Shown: positions 49,231 to 62,544 of the stretch, one piece after another
How the letters are laid out: each line of letters begins with the position of its first letter
Numbering within the stretch: position 1 is the stretch's first letter
Assembly: GCA_965113315.1 (NCBI GenBank)
Contig: OZ220365.1
Origin: Podarcis vaucheri
Taxonomy: Eukaryota
Length of the DNA: 64,000 bases
Strand: one strand, 5' to 3'
Translations under genes and position numbers: made by a program
The notes under the pieces: model-generated
The model's input: only the letters and a program-made list of their open reading frames with translations
Told to the model about the DNA's origin: nothing
Databases searched by the model: none

Positions 49231-49927
49231 ATCTCCACCGCGCTGCTTTTTCAAGCAGTGTGAGGCTTGGGTCTGCTCACCACCTCAGCCGCCCTACAGC
49301 TGAGGGGGAGGCTGCAGAGAGGCTCCATGTAGTGTGCCCTGCATTGGCTCGCCCCGCCCCCATGGGCAGCTTGCCCCACCCCCGGCTGCAGGACGCGCTC
49401 GCAGCACCAGGCACCCAAGCGGCTAGCTACGTCGCTGCTTCAGACAGGCATACAAAGTTCTCTTAGAAATGGGCATAGGTTGCTTGACACTGACACATTC
49501 TTCCCCATCTTAGGCATGCAGCCAAACCTCCTAATTCAATGGGTGCCTGGGATGTCACGAAGTATGACTGTTCAACAGTGGAATGGACTTCCTCGGAAGG
49601 TGGTAGACTCCACTGGAGGTTTTTAAGCAGAGTTTGATGGCCATCTCACATGGATGCTTTCGTTGAGATTCCTGCATCACGGTGGACTAGAATTTTATGA
49701 TTCTATGACGAGTGCAGTGAGGAGGGTAGAATCAGGACAGAATGACATATGGCAAGGAGAACGGGGGCTTCCCAAGACATTTCTAGGCAATGCTAAATAC
49801 GTTTGTGGGATTTGCAAGAGAAAATTCAGTGAGTGGAAGGTTCTTCTTAAACAAGGGTGGCTTCATTGATGGAGGTCTCTGGAACAGGAGGAGTAGGGAA
49901 CCTTTGGTCCTCCAGATGTTTATCAAA

Positions 49928-50285
49928 TCATATAACTGTAGAGTTGGAAGGGACCCCAAGGGTCATCTAGTCCAAACCCCTGTAATGCAGGAATCTCAGC
50001 TACAGCATCCATGGCAGATGGCCATCCAACCTCTGCATAAAAACATCCAAGGATGGAGAGTTCACACCCTCTGAAGGGAGAATGTTCCACTGTCAAACAG
50101 TTGTTACTGTCAGAAAGTTCTTCCTGATGTTTAGTCTGACTCTCCTTTCTTGTAATTTGAAGCCATGGGTTTGAGTCCTGCCCTCAACAGCAGGAGAGAG
50201 AAAAAAGCTTGCTCCATCGTCCTTGTGACCGTCCTTGAGATATTTGAAGATGGCTGTCATATCTCTTCTCAGTCTCCTCTTTGGG
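49928..50285 (-). mobile_element. CR1 LINE 3' end
   Basis: KRRLRRDMTAIFKYLK...RLNIRKNFLTV plus the CR1 3' UTR. Confidence 0.85.
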
Positions 50286-52817
50286 ATTCCAACTTGATCA
50301 AGCATGGACAATAGCCAGGGATTATAAGAATTGAATTCCATCAAAATCTAGAGGGCCACCAGGTAGCTACTGCAGGCTTAAACTTTTTGTTTTACTCGGT
50401 GTCAATTTTCTGGTGCAACCACTCCATCCCTGAGGCCATTTTGTCCCCTGTTTTTATGCCAGGTAAGCTATGAGGCCAGAAAATGGTGCTTCCTCACTAG
50501 GCTTGAGCATCTCCCCTCTCCTATAATTTCACACGTGGCCACATTAAGATGTTCAACCAGAGCCTCATTTAGAGATTAAAAACTTAAGAAGAGCTGTGCT
50601 GAATCAGACCAAAAGCCTATATAAATGAGCACCCTGATTCCTACTGTTTCCAGTCAGATGACAGCACTCTTCTGTATGGGTTTTCCAGCAACCAGCATTC
50701 ATAGCCATTGTGTCTCTGCCAGTGAAGGCAACAAAGCTTCCTCACAACTAGTAGCCACAGATAGTCTTACCCTCCACGAATTTGTCTAGTCCCATTTTAA
50801 AACCTTCCCAGCTGGTAGCCACCACCACACCTTGTGGTGGCAAATTGCATTATTGGCTTTTCTGCTGTGTGAAGAACAACTTCCTTTTCTCTGTCGTGAA
50901 TTTGCCACCATTCAGCTTTATTTGATGGCCCCAGGTTCTAGCAATATGGGAAAGGGAGAAAAAACTTCCCCCACCTGCTTTTCCATGGACTCAGCTACAT
51001 TGGCAAAGAAAAAGCACTTTACATGTGTTGTTTATGCATTGTAACACTGTGACAACAGATGGCGCTGTGGAGTTCCGTTTTTGCCAACCTGATTTCTCAT
51101 ACAAAGTTTACAAGGCATTTAACTGAAATGTTTCTTTGATGTGTCCAGAATCAGCCCGTGTATAATCTCACACACCTCTTATCGCATTCTCTCTCAGTCT
51201 CCTTTTCCCTAAACTTAAAAATTCCAAATGCAGTAGCTTTCCCTCATAAGGGAGTTGCTCCACCCCACCCCACCCCTGATCATTTTTGGTTGCCATTTCC
51301 CAGCTCCGCAATATCCTTTCTGAGGTGAGGAGGCCACAACTGTACAACACACCATTCCAAGTGTGGTCACACGCCATAGATTTGTATAAAGGCCTTGAGA
51401 TATTGGAAGTTAGATTTTTGCCGCCTTTCCTTCATGAACCCTCCCATGGAATTTGCCTTCTTCCCAGCTGCCTCACACTGGGCACTGACCTTTTCATTCA
51501 CAACCCCAATATCCCTTCCTGGGTTATCTGGCCGGGGTCAGGGGCAGAGGTCCCTGAGGGAGGGAAGGCTTCGCAGTTACGCAAGGGATGGGCAAACCCC
51601 CCAACCCTTTCAACTGCTTTCTAATATTTTTCTTCTTCATTTTGCATGCTGCAGGCAGGCGGCTGGAGTCTCTGTTCCCTGGCAGGCAGCCTGGTTTAAC
51701 AGGTTTCTGGCAACCACTGCACAACGCAGAGCAACCGGGCCATTAATCCTCCTTTCCCCTCCCCTCCAGCTCTGGAGCTACTGGGCTCTCCTCTCTCCAT
51801 CGCCACCACCCTCTGCTTAATCTTCTCTCCCTATCAGATTCTCTACTATTATGTCAACTGGGTGGGAAGTTGATTTTAAGCTGCAAAATTTCTGCACCCA
51901 TTCCCTAATCTTTCCTTGGGTGGGCAACACCTGCGCCAGCTTTAGTTCTTGCTATCTCCACAATAGGGCTCTGCTGTATTTTATCAGTTTGCTTAAGAGA
52001 GGGAAACAGAACTGGGTGTGCTGGGACCTTTGGGCTGTTGCAACAGGTACACAGATTGGTAATCTTTTTGCTCTTACCCTCCAGAAAGTCCCTCTTGCTC
52101 TTTCTCTCCCTCTCTCTAGGATGGGTGTTGCTATGCATTTCGTACATTCCAGAGACAGCTTTGTTCTCAGAACTTTTCCAAGTTCATTCGCTAGTGTCCT
52201 ATAGACGATGTTGGACTACAACTCCCATCATCCCTGGACATAAAGGCCATGCAGGCTAGGACTGATGGGAGTTGTAGTCCAGCAACACCTGGAAGGCCCC
52301 AGGTTATAGGAAGATGTAACAGAGACATGGAGGGACACCCCCGTGACCTAAGGCAGACATAAAACTCTTCACCCGTTTGGCACAGATCTTTCCTCCCTCC
52401 AGCCAATCTCCCTTTCTCAGAAAAGGCAGACCCGTTTTGAGTTTGCTTTTAGCTCTACATTCCTTTCTCTGTGTATTGTGTGGGGCTCCCGAGCCATAAA
52501 AACCATTTAAGAGGCCATTAAAACAGATTTACAGGATTGCCAGGATGATAACTCGATTTGTTTTGCCCTCCAGAAATGCAGCGTAACCTCTTGGTCCCTT
52601 TCCCATCTTTCTACATGTAACAACAGTGAAGTGGAGCAGTCAAATGCACAGCCCTCAGAGGGTGAAATCCTGCTCCTTCTAAGTAAAAGACAGTGGGACT
52701 GCATCAAATATTGGTTTGGCCTTACCCACTCAGCTGATTGCTGGCAATGTGCATTACACTTTCCACATACCTCTACAAACAGCCTTTCAGTCTAGTCTTT
52801 ACCTGCCCCCACACCTA

Positions 52818-53360
52818 CAGACCCTGTAAGTGTCCCTATTTTCCAGGGACAGTCCTGGATTTACAGAAGCCATCCTGGTTTCTGATTTGGTATCAGAATG
52901 TCCCGCTTTTCCTTAAAGTCTCTATTTTCAATGGCAAAATGTTGGAGGGTATGGATTTTTGCAACCTCCCGAGCCAAGGAAACTTCTGAAGGAAGCCCTG
53001 TAGAGGGAAGTTTTTTTAAAATGTTAAATGTTTTATTATGTTTTTATATATGTTGGAAGCTGCCCAGAGTGGCTGGGGCAATGCAGTCAGATGGGCAGGG
53101 TATAAATAGAATTGCTGTTGTTGAAACCATACTAATTTGATCTATTCCAGGATCAAATCAGAAACCAGGATGCCTTCTGTAAATCCAGGACTGTCCCTGG
53201 AAAATAGGGACAGTTGGAGGCATGGGCGTAGACGGGGGGGCAGGGAGGGACAGCTACCCCCCATAATCAATAAAAATCAATAAAAAATACATAACTAAGT
53301 GAGGCTCTGCCCACACTCTCTATAAAAGGCCTGGCTACGCCCATGCTTGGAGGGTCTGTA
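52818..53360. mobile_element. Long-TIR MITE carrying an L2 3' fragment, with a nested hAT MITE (53221-53345)
   Basis: ~75-bp inverted arms; nested element flanked by gttggagg / cttggagg; relatives at 26934-27212 and 56066-56352. Confidence 0.75.
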
Positions 53361-54618
53361 TGCATAGATGCAAACTTCAAAATAATTGCTGTCATTTAAA
53401 TAGAAACACAATACATTGTACCACAGTGGGGAAAACTGTGACCAGATAATGTGTTTGCTATCTAGGTGGCCTTCCTTCCTTAGGTGTTTCTGTTGTTAAA
53501 CCAGATTAGGGCTGGGTAATCCTTCAAAATAGAGGACTGCCCTCCAGTCACCCTACAAATGGAAGACTCTGCAAAGGAGTGCACACGTCCATTTGACAGC
53601 AAGGTCACACCCCAAAGCAGCGTAGAAATGCCCTACTGTACTCTTACAATGCAAAGCTAGGGTTAGGGTTGCTGTATTTAAAAAAAAAGAAAAAACAAAC
53701 ACAGAAGTCACTTAGGCAATTGTGCAAAAAAAGAGAGAGGTGCTCACCCAAGATGGCAGCTTCCAATCAGAAAACACACAAAAACCCAATTTCTGCATGC
53801 TGTCCAGATGTTAAAGGTCCAGGTGCTGTCCGCAGAGGTGACAACATTAAGCAGATATTCCACTAGCCCATCCCAACCCCTAGCAACCCAAGAGAAAAGC
53901 ACTGGCAAAGGTGCTGGAATTTCCCCAAAGTTTAACCTGTTGTAGCAGTAACCAAGTGCACCCAGATCTGCTGGTGGAGGACTCCTCCAATGAAAGGAAT
54001 GGCTAAACACTGTGGTGACTTGGTGGTTAGAGCCCAACTAGATATGACATAGGACTTCTGCAGAGAGAGCTCCCAAAGTCTGATCTTCCAGCCCCTTGAC
54101 TTAGTCTTAGACCAAAGATCGCCATCTATTCAACTCATTCTTACCAGCTGTTGACAGCAGGTTCAATGGAGGAATCCCTTTCTTTTCATTTCACTTTTTA
54201 TGGCTATACAAACTTTAAATAATAATAGAAATATTATCAAGGATAGCAAATAATGCCACACATCCTGCTATATAAACCATTCAATATTCCTAAGATATAT
54301 TAATGCAAAACCTTTGATATCATAGTTCACCTTCGCTCTAAAAAAATGCGTATGTTTAACTAGGGTCTGCCACCCTTGCTCCCTCTGCTCACCAACCCCA
54401 CCTACCCATTTGACAATCCCCCCTTCCCCCCTAACTCCCCCCCCAACTATTACATCCTTCATCTACCCCTTAACAGGTTGCCCCAAACACTTCTGCCTCC
54501 CCTCCTGCAACAAGCCAAGCCTGCGTCAAGGTTTAACAGAGCTTGCTAAACTGCTGGGTGACGCACCTACCCTCCTCCATTAAACCTCTCTGTGGTCACA
54601 TTTAACAGAGCCCTCCGA

Positions 54619-54813
54619 CAGGGGTAGCAACTTGAATAAAATATTTGTGGGGGGGGCAGGCAAGGCTCACCACGCATAATCGGTCACAAGACATGGTGCA
54701 CACACACTATTTGAAAGGCAATGCCCATCCACTATGGGGGGTGTGGCCCCCTCAAATATTTTATTGGCGAGGAGGGCAGAAAGGACCTAGGCCCCTAGGA
54801 GTTGGCTCTTATG
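54619..54813. mobile_element. hAT MITE
   Basis: 8-bp flanking repeat ccctccga / ccctccgt; CA..TG termini. Confidence 0.65.
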
Positions 54814-57256
54814 CCCTCCGTTTCTCAAAGAAATACAAATCTAGTTCCTTAAACCAATATACAAATTACTGGTACCTCTGAAATCGCAGCATCAACAATA
54901 TCAAACAATATATTGCTTGTAAAAGAAAACGTAGATACATATGCAAATCCATTTCCTTTTAGTAGCAAGCAATCTGTTATGCCTAGTTTCTTTATATACA
55001 TATGTAAGATGGTTGGATTCCATTCATTCATTTCCTCTCTTTTCATTTTATATGGGGGAGGGGGGTTGTTTTAAGGGCCAAAGCAGATGTGGCAATAATC
55101 ACACAACTAGCATTCCTGTGTGGTTATTTCTCATATCTAAAATGGCCTTAAATTGGACAGCGGTGGGGGATCAGTATGAGAGCAAATTGTTAGACCTCCA
55201 CACATATACCTTGGCTCTACCCCAAACCATACATGGACCTTTTATAGCTGAAAAGGTGCCAAATAATGAATAAACAATCTTGTATTGTTTAAACCACATC
55301 CGGCGGCTGCAACAGAGGTAGGCACATAGAACTGTGTACAGACTTTACCTTTAAAGCACATTTCCCTGCTCAAAGAATTCTGGACACTGTAGTGTGTTAA
55401 GGGTCACTAGAAATTGCAGCTCGGGGGGGGGGGGGTCAACTACAGTACCCTGAATTCTTGAAGGGAAAGAAAGTGCTCTGAATGTGTTTTAAAGGTATAG
55501 TGTATTAGCAGCCTTGATAAGAGGGCACAAATGTTTAGGTAAAATAACAGGCAGATGTAATGAGCTCTTCAAGCAGTCCTGGGGCTCCCATTCAGCTGAG
55601 CTCCCCTACCTCAGACATGTAACACAACAGATCAAAAATCAATAGCTGCGACCTTTCCACTTTGGTGCCAAAATTTCCGCCTGTTTCACACTGCTCAAGG
55701 CCCAAGTAGAACCCAACTCTTCAGCTGTAATAGATAATGTGTTGGAATCTCAGGTTTAAAGTCTCCCTCAGCCATGAAGCTCACTGGCTGACCAATCACA
55801 CGCTCTCCTCCTAAGCTACCTCACAGGGTTGTTGTGATGATGAATGAAAGAGAGAACATCTTGAAAGGAGGGCTAGAGGAAAGGGCAATAAACACTTTCC
55901 TGGCATTGAAAGTTATGGAAGGGAGCATTGTCCCCTAAGGCTGCAATAGCCATGTTCTTCATTGAACTCAATGAGGCTAATATTGGAGGATTTAACTGTA
56001 ATTTAAGCTAGCTACTGTAAGAGCTGAATGAGTTGCCATCCACACTTTCAGATGCATTTCCATACCCTCCAACATTTCTCCAATGAAAATAGGGACGTCC
56101 CATTCCATAATGATAATTTTACTATTTACTGCATCTTATTGGGTTGCCCCAGCACTCTGGGAAGCTTCCAACATATATTAAAACATAATAAAACATTAAA
56201 CATTTTTTTTTAAAAAAAACCTTCCCTATACAGGATTGCCTTCAGACAGCTAGGGGGTTGGATAACTCCATAGCCTCCAACACTTCTCTAATGAAAATAG
56301 AGACATCCTAAGGAAAAGTGGGAGATTCAGGGATCAAATCTGAAACCAGGACACTGGAATGTCTGCATTTACTATCACTTTCCTAACCACAAAACATGGC
56401 TGTTATTGTTGTGCAACAAATCTGTGGGTTTTTTTAACAACAGCACAAATCCCCTTTTATTGTGCATGCTGAATTTGCCAGCGATTAACTGGATCCCACC
56501 TGCAAAATAGCGATGGACAGAAGCAGTCTTAATTCTCCGCCATTTTTCCAACTCTACACTGCCCAAACCTTTGCATTTGCACTATGGATGTTTATCAACA
56601 TGAGAAGTAGAGTAACTGAGTAACCTGCCAGTTCTCTTCATACCAGAGAGTAACAAACCATGCCTTCCCAGTTAGCTGCATGCTCAGCAGACCTTGAAGA
56701 TTTGCTCTACTGCATAGGCCACCAGTTCACCTGACTAATTAGCTGCTTGAATGCTACACACACCTGCACGAGGTACACCTGTTTCCAGGCATGGATTTGT
56801 GCGGCAGTGTATAACCTTGAAGGTCAAATAACTTAGCATGTTCTCAGAATTAAAATATATATGTGCACAGAAACAAAGCAAAACATTTAGAAGCAGAATT
56901 TAAACACCTCAAATCCCATCAACATCTGGTTTGGGGGGTAATTTCTTTCCCAGTTGTCCTTTTTAAATATTTGATAACCAGTCTAATTTGTTGTTTCTAA
57001 AGAAGGGGATCATAGTGAAAAGTAAATGTTCCAGTAAATGAGAGAACAAGGGGGAGAGCTAAGCAAACCTGGGGAAAAAATCTAGAAACTTTGCTCAGAA
57101 AGTCACTAAGAAACAGAAGCCACAATCCCAAGACACACAAGGGTGAAATGCCTTGTTTGATACAGCCGGACTTTCCTCCAAGTAAATGTTCCTAGGTTTG
57201 CACTGGAATGTCCTAGCTACCAGGTTCTGTTTTTAACAGCGGAAAATCATACTTAC

Positions 57257-57343
57257 AAATTCAGGAATGGCCAGAATATCAGGGAAAGTAGCCAGGACCT
57301 TCATGCCGCTGGGTAAACTGGAGCCGGTGGTTGTTGAAGACAT
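57257..57343 (-). CDS. MAL: MAL (myelin and lymphocyte protein, MARVEL family) exon 1
   Basis: ATG at 57343; encodes MSSTTTGSSLPSGMKVLATFPDILAIPEF, then a GTAAGT donor; matches the MAL N-terminus (LPSG...PD...EF). Confidence 0.9.
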
Positions 57344-57712
57344 ATTTCTGGTTCGCTTCCCTCCCAAAACTCACCACGCAGACGTCCTCACCCTTCCAAG
57401 CCAAATGCTCTTTCCCTGTGCTCTTCTTGAGTAGCTGAGTTCTTAACCTTTTCCCTATGTTAATGCTGCCCGCCCTCCAGGTAAGGAGCTCAGCATAGGT
57501 GTGGCCAGCTTAGCAGAAGGACCTGCCTCTTCTTCTGTTTTTGTGCCTGGGGAGGAGTGAAAGGCTGCTCCAAAGGGTGTCCTCTTTTGTCACACACTGT
57601 TGCAAGCACCTTACGAGATCGTATCCGAAGGGCAGGTGCAGCGAGTGTAATTCAAAACCCACAGTGCTTTCCACTTGGGTTGAACTCTTCTGAGACTACT
57701 TTCACACCATAT

Positions 57713-58265
57713 TGTTACTAGTTTGTGGGGAGACGCCCGCCCGCCAAACCCAATAAATTAATGAATGTCAGAATCTAGCTAACATTTGGGTATAGGAAGG
57801 GGAAATTATGCAAACTACAGAACTGTGCCGGACAAGGAATCCCTGAAGTGACTGGGGAAAGTGTTGTTTTACAGGAAACTTGGGTTTGTGGGGAAGAGGT
57901 GTGCTGGGGAGAAGAGCAAAGGTCAGTCTTCTAAGAGCTGCTGGGCAGGCCAGAAGTCCATGCAGGGCCTGGAGGTCATCTTGGCTGTGGCTGGAGGAGG
58001 CTACCCTACGAGACCAGGAACCATTACTGACCGTTGCTTTGGATCCAAGCTTGCTGAAGCTATGAGACACTCTTGGGGTATAATGTTCAGCACCCTGTCC
58101 ACTGCAGATTTCCAAGTGTAAATATGTGTTAATAAACCATCTTTGTTAAAGGCACTAGCTTCCGCTGTGGCTTGATCTTCCCAGTGGTAACACAACCCTG
58201 GGTAAGTGCTGCAGCCCCTGGGATCTCGTGCAGTCGCTCGGTGGAAACTGGGGTGGCGTGTAACA
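57713..58265 (+). mobile_element. Probable solo LTR (Gypsy/ERV-like) in the MAL upstream region
   Basis: TGTTAC...GTAACA inverted termini, ~550 bp, internal AATAAA at 58131; TSD not clean. Confidence 0.55.
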
Positions 58266-59379
58266 CTAGTGTCAACAGTGAAGTTTGTGTTTTCTAGTGC
58301 ATAGCACATGGAAGGGGGGCTGGAGTTTCCTCATGTGCAGGGAAGTCTTTAGCATATGTGCTGCCGGGGTGCAAAGATCCGCCCAGCGCCCCCAAGTCTG
58401 ACAAGCGCCGCCGTTGTGAATGACAAGTGATGCCGCTGGCGCTGTCTCTTTGGTAAATGAGCGCACAAAGTCAAAAGTCCTTTAGTGAAACAGTAATAAT
58501 AATAATAATAATTTTTACTTATACCCCGCCCTCCCCAGCCAAGGCCAGGCTCAGGGCGGCTAACAAGCAATAATTAAAAACAAGTTGAATGAATACAACT
58601 TAAAAACAAGATTAAAATACAACGGTCCAGGAATCAGCGTGTTTTTACATGAGTAGAATGTGTCCTTTTATTTAAAATGCATCTCTGGGTTATTTGTGGG
58701 GCATAGGAATTCTTTCATTTTTTCCCTTCAAAATATAGTCCAGCCCCCCACAAGGTCTGAGGGACAGTGAACCGGCCCCCCGCTGAAAAAGTTTGCTGAC
58801 CCCTGGCTTAGGCGGCTTCAGCATCGGGCCCCCCTTAGAATTTGGCGCCTGGGTGTCCCACACCCCTTGCACCCCCAGGTAAAGACTCATGGCTCATGTG
58901 CCAGAGAGGAAGCAGATAGAATCCTTCCTGAAATTGTGTTTTGAAGAGGCTGCAGAAGTGGCTGTTTTGGGACTAGGGTTCCTGACCCACAACTAAGGTG
59001 GAATAGAGAAGTTCCAGAGAGACTGAACTGATGCATTAACCAATGTGGATTGAGAACCATGTTTTATTTACTCACGTGGAAGAATTCTGTGGCAACCCCA
59101 AGCAGGCTGCTACAGCAGAGGAGTGGGTTTCTGCTCTTGGGACTATGAACTGATTTACAAAGGGACTCTGCTTGCAAGTTCAACAATGATTTTGAAATGC
59201 TGAAATGTTTCCTTGCATCCCATTGGTGAGTGTTAGAAATTACGCTGTTTAAGGGCATTCTTTTTGAAAAATTATTTTCAATTGTCCACTTGACCATTTT
59301 GGTAACTTATGCTTTCATTTAAAGTCAGCTACATTATTCTTGTTTCCTTCCCATAGTTTTGAGCTATTTGAACTCAAAT

Positions 59380-59475
59380 AGAGCCGAGCCATTGTCATAG
59401 CTGCATTGCCAATATGCTTGTCCAGCTCAGCATCAATGGAGAGGTTGTTGGTTATGGTGGAGCCCGGGTAGAAAT
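59380..59475 (-). mobile_element. RTE-clade LINE fragment
   Basis: Minus-strand peptide PGSTITNNLSIDAELDKHIGNAAMTMARL, resembling the RTE YLGS...IDAE...RIGKA motif. Confidence 0.7.
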
Positions 59476-59989
59476 ATATATATCAGCACAATCCAGTCAA
59501 ACCCATAGAAAATCCATTGATTGCTATGGAAAATATTAATTTTCCTTTTTAAATAAATGAATTTTTTATTTCCATCGATTTTATTAAAGTTAGAAAGAAA
59601 ATTTATTAATATTAAATATCTGATATATATTTTTATCAAATATAAAAGAAACTAATCTAAATAAAAACAGTTTGGATCACAATGGGCCTTGTAGTTCAGC
59701 TCTCGTGTACTCGTGTACCCATGACTCAGTGCTGCCACAGATTTGCCATTCATTCCAGTTGGTTGACCAATAATCCACCTCTTCCAGCATCTTTTTTCAT
59801 GTATTTCATGAATGTTCTTCAAACAACGAAAAGGTGAAGCGGTTGCTTGAGCAACCACCCCTCCATACCAAGAAAATCATTTGGGGGCCCACTTATTCCT
59901 GCATAATAAAGGGAAGAGTCAAGGAAGCATAAGCAATAAACCTCAGATACTGGCGAGTAAGACTGATGGTTATCTGCTTGCAAAGGTTT

Positions 59990-61350
59990 ACTGGCCTCCC
60001 TTGTTGGCATGGCGACAGCCTGGGCAAAATGCAAACATGGACATTCTGATGTCACGCATGATGTCACAAACAGGTTATGCTCAAAAGTCTCAGCAGAGTT
60101 AGAAGCAGTAAACAGTCAGCCCATGTCTGAACTCTGGAAAGATGGATCATCAAGTCAGGTGATGAATTTATATTGGGGCTCTATTGAAGGGAAGATTTTC
60201 AATATCTAAAGTTTTCTTAAGCCCAGTATTGAATAGAATTATTTGGGCCTCCAGCAACCTCATCATAGGGTGTGAGAAAGAACCTGAATAACATTTCGGA
60301 GATACTGAACATTTCAAAGTGGGGCTTGTATTCTAAAATCGAACACCTGGAAGAGGGAGATGAATTTACTCACAGTAAAAGTTGTGGAGTAACTCGATCA
60401 GAATTTGTTTATAAAGATTCACTGGATCAACTAGTCTATAAACTTCTAGAAGCAGGCTTTCAGGTTACACACAACTCAAAATCAAGCTTAGGTCATGAGA
60501 GCAAAAATCTAAATTTGCTGAATAGTGAGGCATCAGTGATTCTCTAGCCACAACAGGGATTTATAACTGTCCAACTGCTGTTGGCATGGAGATAGCATGG
60601 CAGAATAGAAACATGGACGTTCTGTGTGAGGTCACAAAAAGAATAAGCTCAGAAGTCTTGACAGAGAGACAGTTAATGGTCAAACCATGTCTGAACTCTC
60701 AGGTGATGGATTTATTTGGGGGCTGTATTGACTTTTACCCAGGGGAACAAGAGCTTGGGAATTAAGACATTAAGCTTCCCAACCCCAGTACTAAACAAAA
60801 TCTTTGCGGAAGTATTCACCTCTGCATAGCAAGGGGCAAAGAAACCTGAAGAACAATTCTGAAGAATGTTCTGGAGATACTGAACAGTTCAAAATGATTT
60901 CTAAATATTTAAAATGCTGTAAACAGGTGGAAGGAAGTGGGGGCAATTTGGAGCAGAAATTATCGAATAGAATTGGATCAGAATTCATCCATAAAGGATT
61001 CATTGGATTGACTAGTTTATAAGCTTTTGGAATCAGGCTTGCAGGGTTACACGAAAGTCTGATTTAGACTTAGGTTATGGGAGCAAATATAAAATCAAAT
61101 GTGTTCGGTCATTAGGCATTGATGGCTCTCTAGCTGCAAGGAATTCCTACTGCCCACTTGCTGTTGGCATGGAGATAGCTGGAACCGAATGCAAACATGA
61201 CATTCTTCTGTCATGAATGATGTCACAAATAGGATAAGCTTTGGCAGGTGGGAGTGAGTTAACAGACAGACCAAATCTGAACTTTGGCAAGATGGATCTT
61301 TATAACAGGTGATGGATTTATTGGGAGGGTGGGCGATACTAACTTTTACT
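59990..61350. repeat. Diverged ~580-bp tandem repeat, ~2.4 copies
   Basis: tgttggcatgg.ga.agc recurs at ~60002, 60579 and 61162 with collinear downstream motifs. Confidence 0.85.
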
Positions 61351-61782
61351 GGAGTAGGGAAATTGGAACGTTTTGAAGACTGAGCCCAGTCAACTCTTAA
61401 TTCAGCTGTGATTCACGTTATAAACAATTCGCCCAACAGATAGGCAACCTTAGGACACATGACTCTTCAACCCGATTCTCCATCTTCCTACAATATTGCT
61501 GATGTGCATTCTGGAGCTCAGCCAGAATGTCTTTCTGATAAAAATTTCTAAGATTTTAATTTTTCTCACCCTACCCAGATCAAGAATGAAAAGACTACTT
61601 TGCAGAATATTCTACCATTCCCCTCTCCCCACGCAATGCACCGGATAATCAGGACATTGTACGGGATGCAAAATGGGGGCCACTGCTTCTGCTGTTGCTA
61701 TTTGGGAGGTGGCAGTTACAAATAACAACAACTTAGGGGGGAAGGAAGAAGCTGCCTCACTGCTTTTTGTGAACCCTGTCTG

Positions 61783-61976
61783 AGGGTTAGGGTTAGAGGG
61801 GTAGGGTCAGGGTCAGGGGTAGGGGTAGGGGTAGGGTTGGGGTTGGATTTAGGGTTAGGGTCAGGGGTAAGGGTAGGGGTAGGGTCAGGGTTTGAGGTAG
61901 AGTTAAAGTCGAGTAGGGGTAGGATTTGGGTTGGGGTTAGGGTCAGTGTTAGGGTTGGAGGTAGGGTTAGGGTTAG
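61783..61976 (+). repeat. Degenerate interstitial telomeric array
   Basis: TTAGGG interspersed with TCAGGG, GTAGGG and TTGGGG hexamers. Confidence 0.85.
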
Positions 61977-62078
61977 TTATTTTTTATTATTTTATTTTTA
62001 TTCTAAATTTTATTCTAGGTCACCCTTTAACCTTGTAGATTCCAGGGCAGCACATTACTCTGATATTTTATGAGAAAG

Positions 62079-62079
<1 letters not shown>

Positions 62080-62123
<44 letters not shown>
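62080..62123. repeat. (GT)n microsatellite
   Basis: About 22 GT units. Confidence 0.95.
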
Positions 62124-62125
<2 letters not shown>

Positions 62126-62310
62126 TGCTTAAATAAACAAACAAATGAATAAATAACGGTAAGGGGTACCACCACATAAAGGCCCTCTCACTTCACCAGC
62201 TGTTAGTTACTTAGAGGAGGGCCCCATTAGATCATGCATCTGTCAGGTGCTGACGGATTCATTCCCAAGTGCAAGGAAACAACACCTCTCTTGCAACAGC
62301 TTCTAAAATA

Positions 62311-62544
62311 CAGTCAAACCTTGGTTGTCCAATGTAATCCGTTCCAGAAGCCCGTTCAGCTTCCAAAACGTTCAGCAACCAAGGCATGGCTTCCTATTGG
62401 CTGCAAGAGCTTCTTGCACTCAAGCGGAAGCCACGTCGGATGTTCGGCTTCCAAAAAATGTTCGAAAACTGGAACACTTACTTTCGGGTTTTCAGGAGCT
62501 GAAACGTACGATAACGAAGGCGTTTGGGAACCGAGGTTTGACTG
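62311..62544. mobile_element. Tigger/TcMar MITE
   Basis: TA-cagtcaaacct...aggtttgactg-TA. Confidence 0.8.

Noticed and set aside
59650-59905. Possible exon of an upstream gene (acceptor-like site on the minus strand)
   Set aside because: Frames are interrupted or unrecognisable; no similarity to MALL or any protein I recognise
61837-62073. Gly/Val/Arg-rich ORF
   Set aside because: Translation of the telomere-like hexamer array
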